Shown in pieces: positions 10,408 to 20,415 of a stretch of DNA of 64,000 nt. Within the stretch, counting starts at the first letter, position 1, and the number at the start of each line of letters is the position of its first letter. The notes under the pieces were generated by a model, which was given only the letters and a program-made list of their open reading frames with translations, had not been told where the DNA came from and searched no databases. Origin of the DNA: Diplonema japonicum (taxonomy: Eukaryota > Protista > Euglenozoa: Diplonemea); the NCBI GenBank assembly GCA_964019335.1, contig OZ025663.1:186001-250000 (forward strand), given 5' to 3'. The position numbers were made by a program, and so were the translations under genes.

Positions 10408-10611
10408 ATGGCGAAAGCAGCAACCGCAACCGTGCCTGCAGCCACAGCTGCCGCTACGGTGCCTGCTGTTCCCGTGCCTGCAGCTGTGCCACCCGCTGTT
10501 GCCACTCCCTTGGCTCCAGTCGGGAAAAGCAAGTCTCTAGTTACCACAGCAGGTGTTCCCATCAAGTTGTGCATTGGAAATTCCTGCGCCCTGCTTGGGA
10601 CAGGCATGTGA
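10408..10611 (+). CDS. 67-aa Ala/Val/Pro/Thr-rich microprotein
   Basis: ATG after the A-rich leader typical of real genes here; GC-rich complex sequence ending in TGA. Confidence 0.55.
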   Translation: MAKAATATVPAATAAATVPAVPVPAAVPPAVATPLAPVGKSKSLVTTAGVPIKLCIGNSCALLGTGM

Positions 10612-10753
10612 TCAGAGACTGCCTACACAACCTTTGTAGTACACGAAATTTAACTTGAAAACTTACCCCCCCCCCCCCCCCCCCCCCGCGTACGACCTTA
10701 CTAACCCACCTTAGCACGAGAACCAGAAGAGGGAAAAGAAAAGGAAAAAGACA

Positions 10754-10966
10754 ATGGACGCCGGTTTCGGATCCTCGTTCATGGGAGGGATGAGCACCGT
10801 TGGCCACACGATGGAAGGGTTTGCTGAGAGCTCTGCTGACATGCTTGGGAGGGCGAGCTCCAAGACACGTGCTGCGAGGGCCGTGTGTGGGGGGCAGACA
10901 ACCCACAAGATCCAGAAGAGGACCTGCAAGAGGATCTGCAGGATCGTGTCACCCCGCCGTCGTTAG
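10754..10966 (+). CDS. 70-aa Cys/Arg-rich microprotein, copy 4 (D43A, K48Q variant)
   Basis: Paralogue of 8162..8374. Confidence 0.8.
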   Translation: MDAGFGSSFMGGMSTVGHTMEGFAESSADMLGRASSKTRAARAVCGGQTTHKIQKRTCKRICRIVSPRRR

Positions 10967-11125
10967 GCAAAAATACACATTTTTTTTTTTGTTTACACAC
11001 CGCTCGGTGTTCCCATTGAGCTAAATGGCATCGAAAGAAAAAAGGTGTTTATTGTAGTGCCTAGCCTTTACGAATGATTCCTTACAGCCTACACTCAAAA
11101 AAAAAGAAAACATAATAAATACACA

Positions 11126-11338
11126 ATGGACGCCGGCTTCGGATCCTCGTTCATGGGTGGGATGAGCACCGTTGGCCACACGATGGAAGGGTTTGCTGAG
11201 AGCTCTGCTGACATGCTTGGGAGGGCGAGCTCCAAGACACGTGCTGCGAGGGATGTGTGTGGGGGCAAGACGACCCACAAGATCCAGAAGAGGACCTGCA
11301 AGAGGATCTGCAGGATCGTGTCACCCCGCCGTCGTTAG
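11126..11338 (+). CDS. 70-aa Cys/Arg-rich microprotein, copy 5
   Basis: Paralogue of 8162..8374. Confidence 0.8.
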   Translation: MDAGFGSSFMGGMSTVGHTMEGFAESSADMLGRASSKTRAARDVCGGKTTHKIQKRTCKRICRIVSPRRR

Positions 11339-11553
11339 AGGCTTGAAAGGCATAAATTACACATAATATAACACAATACCGTAAAAAAAAAAAAAAAAAA
11401 AAAAGAAAAGAAAAGGAAATAAAACCAAGTGGTTCTTCCTTTTACAGTATTTAAACCCCCTCTTTTTATATTCATAGAAAAAAAAAAAAAAAAAAAAACA
11501 AGAAAAAAAAAAAAAGGAAGTCCTCCACAACATAACCCAAAACTACCTGAAGT

Positions 11554-12681
11554 ATGAGCGAAGCAGGGTACAGTATGATGAGCGACGGGGATCTTTTGGA
11601 GCTGAGCCATCAACTAGACGATGTGAGCAGTCAGTTCAAGAGGATGGTCATGGAGGCTGTGAAGGTGGAGAAGGCAAAGCAGGCCGCACAGCATGCGAAA
11701 GAAATGAAGGCGCTTATCGACAAGCATGAAGAAGAAAAAAGGGAGCTGTCCCGACAGAGAGAGGAGTGCAGGGGCTACTGGTATCAGAACAAGGCTGTCA
11801 ACGAAGTTCAGCACAGGTCGCTGGTGCATCGCGCTGAAGGGTTCGCTGCATGCGTCGCATCACGAGGAATGCACAGCGTGTGGATGATGGCAAGCGAGCT
11901 TCAGAAGAAAGCCAGTGAAACTGAAACGCACAAATTTATGTTGAAACGGACGTTTCTCAAGGCTTGGAAGGCATGGCATGCAAAGGAGAAGCGATGCAAG
12001 TCCGTAACCACACATGTGAACAGAAGCCACAACCTCCGCACCAAGCGTTCCGCCTTTGCCGCCTGGCGTGCCACAACATTGAAGCAAACCCGCACAGCCC
12101 GCGAAGCGACTGCCAAAACCACCGCCGCAACAGAAATGAACATGGTGCTGAACAACCACGGTGTGGAGGTCGCACAGATGAACGAGACCATAAACGAGCT
12201 GAAGAGGCAGCTGGAGATCGAGAGTCAGCACCGAGGTGCACTCGAAGAACGGCTTAAAATAGCATTTATGAGGGGTGTCTGTGCCTTGAACCTTGAGGCC
12301 ATGCAAGTCATGAAGACCACAGAAAGCGACAGTCAGATCAGCGAGGACACACCAGGGTCCATTTCTGCCACGCCCATAGAGGCGCCCTCAGAGGACACCA
12401 CGTGCCAATACGTGGATCCCATGAATACCGCACCGTTGCAAAGGTCTCAGCTGCACTCTGTCAGTCACGTGACGCAATCACAGCCTGTCGTGCAGGCTAT
12501 GCCTCGCGGCACCAATGCCGCCGTCACGTCGGCGAATATCATGCGCTCTCCCCACACATCCCCTCCCACGCCTAAACCCCGCAAAGCCCCCACCCGTCCG
12601 CCCCTACACGGCCACACCGCCAAGCCCTCCCTCCAGTCCGCCCTCACAATACGTGAAATGCAGCCAATGCGACGCTTCTAA
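11554..12681 (+). CDS. POC5: Centriolar centrin-binding protein POC5
   Basis: POC5-box signature LKIAFMRGVCALNLEAM; Sfi1-like W repeats (FLKAWK, AFAAWR); coiled coils. Confidence 0.85.
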   Translation: MSEAGYSMMSDGDLLELSHQLDDVSSQFKRMVMEAVKVEKAKQAAQHAKEMKALIDKHEEEKRELSRQREECRGYWYQNKAVNEVQHRSLVHRAEGFAACVASRGMHSVWMMASELQKKASETETHKFMLKRTFLKAWKAWHAKEKRCKSVTTHVNRSHNLRTKRSAFAAWRATTLKQTRTAREATAKTTAATEMNMVLNNHGVEVAQMNETINELKRQLEIESQHRGALEERLKIAFMRGVCALNLEAMQVMKTTESDSQISEDTPGSISATPIEAPSEDTTCQYVDPMNTAPLQRSQLHSVSHVTQSQPVVQAMPRGTNAAVTSANIMRSPHTSPPTPKPRKAPTRPPLHGHTAKPSLQSALTIREMQPMRRF

Positions 12682-12823
12682 GCTATAGAATTAGATATCG
12701 ATTTCGCCTTTTCTAAAAGGCATTTAGAGTTTATCGGCACCCATAGAAACCCAACCCCTTTCAGTTTTTATTTCTTTCCCTTGCTTTTTACTTTTTTATT
12801 TGTTTTAACTGTCATTAGAAGGT

Positions 12824-15718
12824 ATGCAAGAGCTGCTGTTTGTACCCGGGGATGGAAAGACAAGGACGAAACACGTGGACCTCGGGAATGGCGTGAAGAG
12901 TCAGGATGAGGGGGTGTCTGGGAGGACTACGAAATTGGTGAGTTTGGTGTCAGGGCAGCTGCAAAAGAGAATGCTGGAGAACCAGTTGAACGAACTGATG
13001 AGGAAGAGAGACGGTGGTGCCAAGAACATGCCCAACCAGGTGAAAAGGAGACGCACCTTGACAGTGGCGACGAACGTTGACTTTGAGATCCCCGACTTTC
13101 AAGACTTCAGCCCTCACTACAGTCTGTCGGAGAAGCTGGGCACACCTGACTGGAAGGGGAAGGCCATGCGTCCCTCTTGCTACAGCTCTGTTATCGACTC
13201 CCTTTTCTTGCCGGACGCTAGTTACCACAAGAACATGTTGTTCAGTGCCTGTTGTGCTTCCGTCACGGCGATCGCTGCCATATCAGTTTCAACTGAAAGC
13301 ACCAGCACAGGGCTTTCGTTCTTGATCGGCTCTTACAAGGCAGCAGAGAACCAGGACCCGAAGGTTAGGGAGCTCCGCGAGATGGAGCAGAAGAAAACAG
13401 AACTGTGGTCCGAGCTCCGTGAGCTCCTCCACGGCACCGGGTCAGAACAGGGGCTCGCGGAAAAGGCTTCTCTGTCGCTTATTAAAGAATCCCTGAAGAG
13501 CAATACGGTGAGGGACGAGAAGCTTGCCTGTCTGTCTGACGCACTACGAAGCCCTTGCAGGTTATCCAGAGCAAAGCTTGCCTGGGGCATCATCAGCAAG
13601 CCCGTTTACACCTTCCGCTTGGCAGCGTCGAAGCGCATGCAGAACGTGTCCGCCTTCACCGCAAACTGGATGCCAGAATGGGTTTACGCCGACAAACAAA
13701 TCCGGCAGACAGAGAGGGCCCGCGTTCAGTGTGGTTACGACGTGTGGCCGCAGAAGTGCAACTTGGAAAAGTGCACTTACATCCATGACAAAGGACACAG
13801 CGCAGGCGAGGCTGCAGCCTGCCGTAGTGTGCTCCAAGCTGTTGGGGTGCAGAAGGAACTTGACAGGGACTACGACCTGAAGGTACAGTTTGAAGGTCTA
13901 GAGAAGCAGTACATGGAACTCTACAACGAGGTCAGGAACGACGATCAGAACAACTTGAAGATGAGAGAGATGCTTGCGAAGATCATGAGGTGGGCTGAAG
14001 AAAACAAGCTGCTTGGTGCAGGGAAGCCCCCTCTCTCGAAGGAGGTGGGGAACAGCAACAATTCGGGAGTGCCTAGCAAAAGGGAACCTGATGAGGCTGC
14101 ACTTCTTTTAGATCTTGTGAAGCTGTGCGACAAGGAACATCTTACGCTTTTCGAGCAAGAGTGCGTCAAGGCAAACGAAGCCCCGCCGGGTTTGGAAGAG
14201 GCGTTCACAGTTGCGAAGCTTGCGGTGATGGTGTCGCGTCTTCCAAAACTTACAACGAGGAACGTCATGCTGCACAGCTTCGAGCCTCGTCTGCAGGAGA
14301 CGCTTCCTGCGTTCCTTGACTTCGAGCACGCGATGCAAGTGTTTCCAGGATGCCTGTCAATATACGTGCTGTACATCGAGGCTCTGTCGAGGAACGAATT
14401 GAAGCAGCCGAAAGAAGTTGTGATGACTGCCATCCTCAACGTAATTGCAAAGGGGTTGAGCAATGCACCGAGTCTGGGAGTCGAATCGTCGCAGACAACG
14501 TTTTCCCTGATTCTGCTGGGGTTGTTCTTCAGAAGATGCTGCGGGTCGCAGGTGATGTTCCTAGAAGGCATGCTATCAGGCAAGATCGTCAATGTGGAGA
14601 AGGTCCTGGCTCCGCGACATTTCGCAGCAATGCCCGTTCTGTACGCAGCAGTGTGCGGCGGGGTATACCCAACCAGCATCAATAAAATATGGATGCTTGC
14701 ATCAGGCATGCCATTAAGCATCGACTGGGAAGATATCTTTGTGACACGTGACGAGAGGGTTATCAATCATTTCACCCGTTTCCTTGAAAGCCACACTTTC
14801 AAGGATCAGAATGTACGGGATTCATTGATCATCAATTACTCGCAGTACCTTGTTGCTGCGGGAGATGTGGAGTCTGCAACGAGATACCTGACAAAAAGCC
14901 TCAAAGACAACCCAAACAGGCTTGCTTTGTTCAAAGAGCTATCGGATCTCTTCGAAGGGGGGCAGAGCCCTGTCATCGGGTTCGACTCTTTTGAGCTCTA
15001 CGAGCGCATTATCGAGAAGGAGTCGACGGTCGTGAAGGACCCTCAATGGCACGGCATCGCTACGCTGTTCTACATCAACCTGCTGTTGAAGCACGACAAG
15101 GCAGACAAGGCTCTTGAGGTTGCGTCATCAGGCACCTTCAAGGAGCCGTTCAGCACCGTCATGAACGGTGTCGTTGCACTGCTGAAGGGGAACGAAGCCA
15201 ATTTCCATGCCGCGCTGAAGGATCTCGTCAGCTACGAAGGTGTTGCTGCCCCTGCCCTGCAGGAACATATATTAAAAGAAATCATCATGTATAAGATACC
15301 ATCAGAAGAAGAGGTGTGTGGATTCTAGGGGAAAAAAAAGAAAAAAAAAGGTTGCCAAGTTCGCTGAGATCAGTATTGATATCCCTGATTTAGTAATACC
15401 AGGTGCTCAATTCGCCGAGTGGGAGGCTGCCAACTTGTGCGTTGGGCTCACTGAAAACCCTTATACGGTTTTGAAGACCACCAGGCCCTGCCGGCTGTTA
15501 CAAGCGATCGAAAAAGGTACCCAAAGCGAAATTGCTAAGGTATCAACGATCAACGGGGGGGGGGACAAAACAAAACTTTTTTTCTCTTCCCAATCTAGGA
15601 GATTCTGTTCACAGACTGTGCATTCATCATGACGAGTAATAAGTCAGCCCTCGAAACCGACAGCGATTCGGATGGAGAGGCGGAATTAATAGACATCGAC
15701 GATGCAATGAGGAGGTGA
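12824..15718 (+). CDS. ZFC3H1-like CCCH zinc-finger/helical-repeat protein (3 exons: 12824-15313, 15351-15539, 15599-15718)
   Basis: CGYDVWPQKCNLEKCTYIH zinc finger followed by HAT/TPR-like helices. Two phase-0 GT-AG introns restore a continuous frame ending ...DIDDAMRR*. Confidence 0.55.
15314..15350 (+). other. Intron, 37 nt, GT-AG, purine-rich 3' end
   Basis: GTGTGT...GAAAAAAAAGAAAAAAAAAG; removal skips the TAG and joins EEE to VAKF in frame. Confidence 0.7.
15540..15598 (+). other. Intron, 59 nt, GT-AG
   Basis: GTATCA...CAATCTAG; removal opens a 39-codon terminal exon. Confidence 0.65.
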
Positions 15719-15919
15719 AAAGGGACAATGAAACTAAACTATTAAAAAAAAAAGTGTCAGTTTTTCTTTTTTTTATGGGGGAGAGGGGCCGATGAGCAGT
15801 GTATCCCTTTTTTTTTTATATATTCGTAACAGTTCCCCTTTCCCCCCCCCCCCCCTTCATTTCTTTACTTTGCTTTCGAAAAGAAAATAATCTTCCAGGT
15901 GCTAAGAGGAGGGGAGGGC

Positions 15920-18900
15920 ATGTTCTTACATGCCACACTATGTCTCTACATGACTGCTGTGGGTGTGACAAAGACGATGACCTTGACAGAGACTATTAGT
16001 CTTAGCTTGCCAAGTGCCACTATTACTGGTAGCCTGACACTCCCTACCTTCACGGAAACATTCACTTACAGTGCCAGCATAACGCTCCCTACGTCGACTG
16101 GCACTGCATCTTCGTCATTATCCGAGTCTGCAACACAGTCCTTGTCCGCAACGTGGTCCCTCTCGAACTCCATCACATTTACAGTGCCCACAGGAACAGC
16201 AACAGATAGTATTAGCATAACGCTCCCTACGTCGACTGGCACTGCATCTTCGTCATTAACCGAGTCTGCAACACAGTCCTTGTCCGCAACGTGGTCCCTC
16301 TCGAACTCCGTCACATTTACAGTGCCCACGGGAACAGCAACAGATAGTATTAGCATAACGCTCCCTACGTCGACTGGCACTGCATCTTCGTCATTTTCTG
16401 AGTCCGCAACGTGGTCCCTCTCGGACTCCATCACATTCACAGTGCCCACGGGAACAGCAACAGGTAGTGCCAGCATGACGCTTCCTACGTCCACCGGCAC
16501 TGCATCTGTGTCATTATCCGAGTCTGCGACGCGGTCCTTGTCCGAAACGCGGTCCTTATCGGACTCCATCACATTTACAGTGCCTACAGGAACAGCAACA
16601 GGTAGCATTAGCATGACGCTCCCTACGGTGACGGGCACTGCATCCGTGTCATTATCCGAGTCTGCAACGCAGTCCTTGTCTGAAACGCAGTCCTTATCGG
16701 ACTCCATCACATTTACAGTGCCTACAGGAACAGCAACAGGTAGTGCCAGCATGACGCTCCCCACGGCGACGGGAACTGCATCTGTGACCTTCACGTTGCC
16801 TACGGGCACTGCGAGCACCAGTTTTACCGATTCCCTATCCGCCTCCCTGACTCTGACCTTACCCACAGCAAGCGCCACCGACACAATAACCCACTCGTTG
16901 TCCTCCACAGTGTCCCTCACCATGCCAACCATATCGATAACCCTCCCGACGGGCACTATGTCCTATAGCCACACTGCCTCACTCACAAGCTCAATATCAG
17001 GATCACAATCGGCCACTTCGACTGTCTCGTCAACAGTATCCCTGCCTACAGGCTCTGCCACGGCCACTGTGACAGTCTCCCTGCCCACTGGCACGGCGTC
17101 CATGTCGCACAGCAGCACCGCCACCCTCTCCGAGTCCCTGTCAGCGTCGTGGACATCAACAGTTTCCTTGACACTGCCCACGGCATCTGCTTCAGCTTCG
17201 GAAACTTTCACCGAGACAATGAGCACCACTCTGACGCTGCCCACTGCCAGTGAGAGTTTCACATCCAGTTTGAGTCAAACGGACACCGCCAGTCTGACTG
17301 ACACGGAGAGTCACACGTCATCACAGACTCTAACCCTATCGCTGCCCTCTGCTACAGAAAGTGTGAGTGCCAGTCTCCCAACAAGTACTGCTACGTTCAG
17401 TCTGATCACAGCAACGAGCACCATCACCGGGACAGGAACAGCCACTAGCACACTCCCGACACTGACGTCGTCGCTGACGTTAACAGTGCCCACTCTCTCA
17501 ATCACGTACACAGTGCCCACAGGCACGCAGACGCAGACCTTGACCCCCACACTAAACCCCACACCGACGCACACCTATTCTATCACTTTAACGGAATCCA
17601 TGTCCCCTACCATGTCCGAAACCGAAACACTGAGTCCTCACCTGGCAGACGAGACGTGTCTAGGCGATAATTATCTCCCCAAGCAGGCACCAGTGGGGGT
17701 GAATTTCACGTTGGTGCTGTACTGCAGGCAAGGCGTCAGTGGTGAGACGGTTTTCTTCACAAAAACACCCGGCGAGTGCTACGTGGGCGACAGCATCTTG
17801 CTGGGCGATGACGGGGTTGAAAACGTAGAGCAGGCGGGTGTGGACTCCGTGGGCCACCCTGTCTTTGTGGTGCCGTACATCAATGAAGCTGGAGGAATGC
17901 AGGTGTGCCTGCAAGATCTTCAAGGAAATCTGTTCGCCATCTCTGGGCTGATGGAGGTGATGCCTTCAGGCGTGAAACCGTTCGTGTGGCTGGAGCGCGG
18001 CATAGGGGGCGGCGGGGAATACAAGATCACTGTAGAGGGGTTCAACTTAGAGGGTGTGTATCTGGGCATTGCAGAGGACAAATACTGCAGGAAGATAGTG
18101 ACTGCTACCTCCGACGTGGCGACTGATGTGGTACCTGAACAAGGGGTGGGATACAGACTGACTCCTGACAAGAGGTACGCGACAGCTGTGAGGGTGCTTG
18201 AGTCTGGGAGGTACTGGTCGTGCTTCAGATCCTTCGCTGACGAAGAATGGGATGCACATGCGTCGTTCTACATCCCGGAACCCGCCCTGCACCGTGCAGT
18301 GCCCACACCAAGCGTCGTCAATATAAATATGCCGTTCGAGCTGACGCTCTTGGGGAACGCTTTGACGAATGTAAGCACCGCCTCGTGTCGTGTATCGCTG
18401 GTAGCAGATGGCATCAAAGCGTGTACTTATTCAGGACAGGTAGCCGACAGCACCCAAATAGTCGATGGCACGGTAGTGTGCAGATTCGATGTGGGTGTGA
18501 CCCTCACTGGGTGGTATTATGCGTGTCTCGGTGTGTACAATAGCAGCGCTGGGTTTGAGGAGCAAGGTTATCATGACGGGGTGGAAGGTGGTGCCACCTT
18601 TCAGGTCACACCCGGGACGTTCGTCTACGGCGCCACTGTGCCCTACACCCCTGAGAGCAAGGCATGGTTCAACGTTGTGGTGTCGGGCACCGTGCAGGAC
18701 GGGTCGTATGTCAAGCTGCTGGATACCTACGACTGCTCGTCCACAAATAGCTCTACCGCGCAGAACGAGGTTGAACTCCACACCTGGGCAGGGGTAATGC
18801 TGTTCGGGAACCCCGCTGCCCCAGAAGCTGACCACAGCTACGGCCCGCTGCTGTTCGATGCTGTTAAAGGTCGTGGAAATGCAACGCTGACATACTATCT

Positions 18901-20182
18901 CGTCAATGCAAGCCGTGTCCCCGACAACAGCTCGAATCTGATGGTGATGTGCATCGACAACAACACGTTGCCTGTGTCGCATGGCTCTGTCACAGCCAAG
19001 ACTGCCGATGACTGTGCTGCGATAAACGGCGAGTACCACCCCTGGTCGAAGAAGTGCAACATACAATTCTGCACAGCGAAATACGATCCACTCACCTGCT
19101 TCGGTCCATCATGCAGGCTAACCTACGGCTACACACTGCACGGTATAGGACAGTGCTTAACAGTACCGTTGGCGAGGGTGGGTGTCCGGACTTTGGCAGC
19201 GACATGTATTTCACATAGAGGGATGTACTCAAAAGGAATGTGCTGGATGGACGTGTGCGATGTGACCACAGTGCAAGGGCCGTCCGACGCGCTGCTTGTG
19301 AGTGATCCGATGGTGGTACACAAACCAATGTTCCCAGTGCACATCTGCCTCAAGGAGCGACACGCTGTTGGGTGGAGGTGGATCGGCGCGTTCGAGGTAG
19401 AAGAGTCATGCAAGCTGAAAATAGCAAAATATTGCAGATGGATAACATGTGGTGACGAACTGAGGGACCCAGGGCCGTGCATGCTGCTCAGCCCGCCAAG
19501 CTGCACAAACGAAACAGCGTGTGAGATTAACTACGACAAGTCAAGCCAAGACGGAGTGGGGTGGGGGGGCGCGATGCAAGGGAGCTCAAAGTACTTACAA
19601 AAAGTATGCGAAGAGATGGCGTGCAAAAAGGGTTCACACATGATGGTATATTTCGAATCGGGTACCGCTTACCACCACAAGTCGATGGTGATAGGGTACG
19701 GAGGGATGGAGGCCAGGTACATGGAATACGGCCCGCCAGATGCGGGCGATGAAATCTACGCGCTGAGCAACGAGCTGCCTCTGGACCCCACAACAGAGGT
19801 CATGGTTGGTTTTACAGTACATGGCGTGGAGGGGTCTGTTGCGCACTTCGGGTTGGTCTCCAATGAAAGCGGATTTCAAAACACCAGTACAACCCCTCTG
19901 CGCTTCGCCTCCTCCTTTAATGGTACAGTCGACTCTCCTTGTTCCCAGGCTGTCCTCATTGGTGTTCCTTACCGCCTCATTTTCCGCCTTTCACCACCGT
20001 CGCTCCCTGTTTACATTGACGACGGTACCCCCACAACGGTCCCTGTTTGCTACCTGCACAGACCCTCGTCGTTCAGCCCCTTTTTTGACACTGGGTGGCA
20101 CTTTGCTTTCATTCTTAAAATCCCGAACGCTGCTGCGTCCCGTCCCGAGTCCAACATCGCACGTGTGGAGCTCCGTGCCTGA
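15920..20182 (+). CDS. Large secreted Ser/Thr-rich repeat protein with Cys-rich C-terminal domains
   Basis: First ATG at 15920 gives a signal-like N-terminus, ~560 aa of alternating S/T sequence, then Cys-containing beta-rich domains; no C-terminal TM. Confidence 0.8.
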   Translation: MFLHATLCLYMTAVGVTKTMTLTETISLSLPSATITGSLTLPTFTETFTYSASITLPTSTGTASSSLSESATQSLSATWSLSNSITFTVPTGTATDSISITLPTSTGTASSSLTESATQSLSATWSLSNSVTFTVPTGTATDSISITLPTSTGTASSSFSESATWSLSDSITFTVPTGTATGSASMTLPTSTGTASVSLSESATRSLSETRSLSDSITFTVPTGTATGSISMTLPTVTGTASVSLSESATQSLSETQSLSDSITFTVPTGTATGSASMTLPTATGTASVTFTLPTGTASTSFTDSLSASLTLTLPTASATDTITHSLSSTVSLTMPTISITLPTGTMSYSHTASLTSSISGSQSATSTVSSTVSLPTGSATATVTVSLPTGTASMSHSSTATLSESLSASWTSTVSLTLPTASASASETFTETMSTTLTLPTASESFTSSLSQTDTASLTDTESHTSSQTLTLSLPSATESVSASLPTSTATFSLITATSTITGTGTATSTLPTLTSSLTLTVPTLSITYTVPTGTQTQTLTPTLNPTPTHTYSITLTESMSPTMSETETLSPHLADETCLGDNYLPKQAPVGVNFTLVLYCRQGVSGETVFFTKTPGECYVGDSILLGDDGVENVEQAGVDSVGHPVFVVPYINEAGGMQVCLQDLQGNLFAISGLMEVMPSGVKPFVWLERGIGGGGEYKITVEGFNLEGVYLGIAEDKYCRKIVTATSDVATDVVPEQGVGYRLTPDKRYATAVRVLESGRYWSCFRSFADEEWDAHASFYIPEPALHRAVPTPSVVNINMPFELTLLGNALTNVSTASCRVSLVADGIKACTYSGQVADSTQIVDGTVVCRFDVGVTLTGWYYACLGVYNSSAGFEEQGYHDGVEGGATFQVTPGTFVYGATVPYTPESKAWFNVVVSGTVQDGSYVKLLDTYDCSSTNSSTAQNEVELHTWAGVMLFGNPAAPEADHSYGPLLFDAVKGRGNATLTYYLVNASRVPDNSSNLMVMCIDNNTLPVSHGSVTAKTADDCAAINGEYHPWSKKCNIQFCTAKYDPLTCFGPSCRLTYGYTLHGIGQCLTVPLARVGVRTLAATCISHRGMYSKGMCWMDVCDVTTVQGPSDALLVSDPMVVHKPMFPVHICLKERHAVGWRWIGAFEVEESCKLKIAKYCRWITCGDELRDPGPCMLLSPPSCTNETACEINYDKSSQDGVGWGGAMQGSSKYLQKVCEEMACKKGSHMMVYFESGTAYHHKSMVIGYGGMEARYMEYGPPDAGDEIYALSNELPLDPTTEVMVGFTVHGVEGSVAHFGLVSNESGFQNTSTTPLRFASSFNGTVDSPCSQAVLIGVPYRLIFRLSPPSLPVYIDDGTPTTVPVCYLHRPSSFSPFFDTGWHFAFILKIPNAAASRPESNIARVELRA
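16070..16790 (+). repeat. Coding tandem repeat, ~40-46 aa unit (SITLPTSTGTAS...SITFTVPTGTAT), about 5 copies
   Basis: Repeated DNA blocks such as CACATTTACAGTGCC.AC.GGAACAGCAACAG. Confidence 0.85.
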
Positions 20183-20203
20183 AAACGAGGGAGAGAAGGA
20201 GGG

Positions 20204-20244
<41 letters not shown>

Positions 20245-20415
20245 GATCCCCCCTTTCCAGGGGGAGGGAAGGGGATGTTCTTATTTGTTTGTTTCTTCTT
20301 CGTTCAGTTTAATCGACCTTTTTTTGTTTTTCTTTCCCGACAATATTGAATCGTGCAATTGAAAAAAAAAAAAAAAAAAAAAGTTTACGTGCAGGTGGGG
20401 AAGAATAAGGTAAGC

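Noticed and set aside
8162-11338. CRISPR-like repeat/spacer appearance
   Set aside because: Repeats are 213-nt ORFs, spacers are UTR-like, there are no cas genes, and the context is eukaryotic.
8101-11366. Antisense (MQVLFWILWVV...) and shifted-frame (MATRWKG...) ORFs over the repeat
   Set aside because: Their ends vary between copies and run into unique spacers; substitutions are mainly synonymous in the MDAGF frame.
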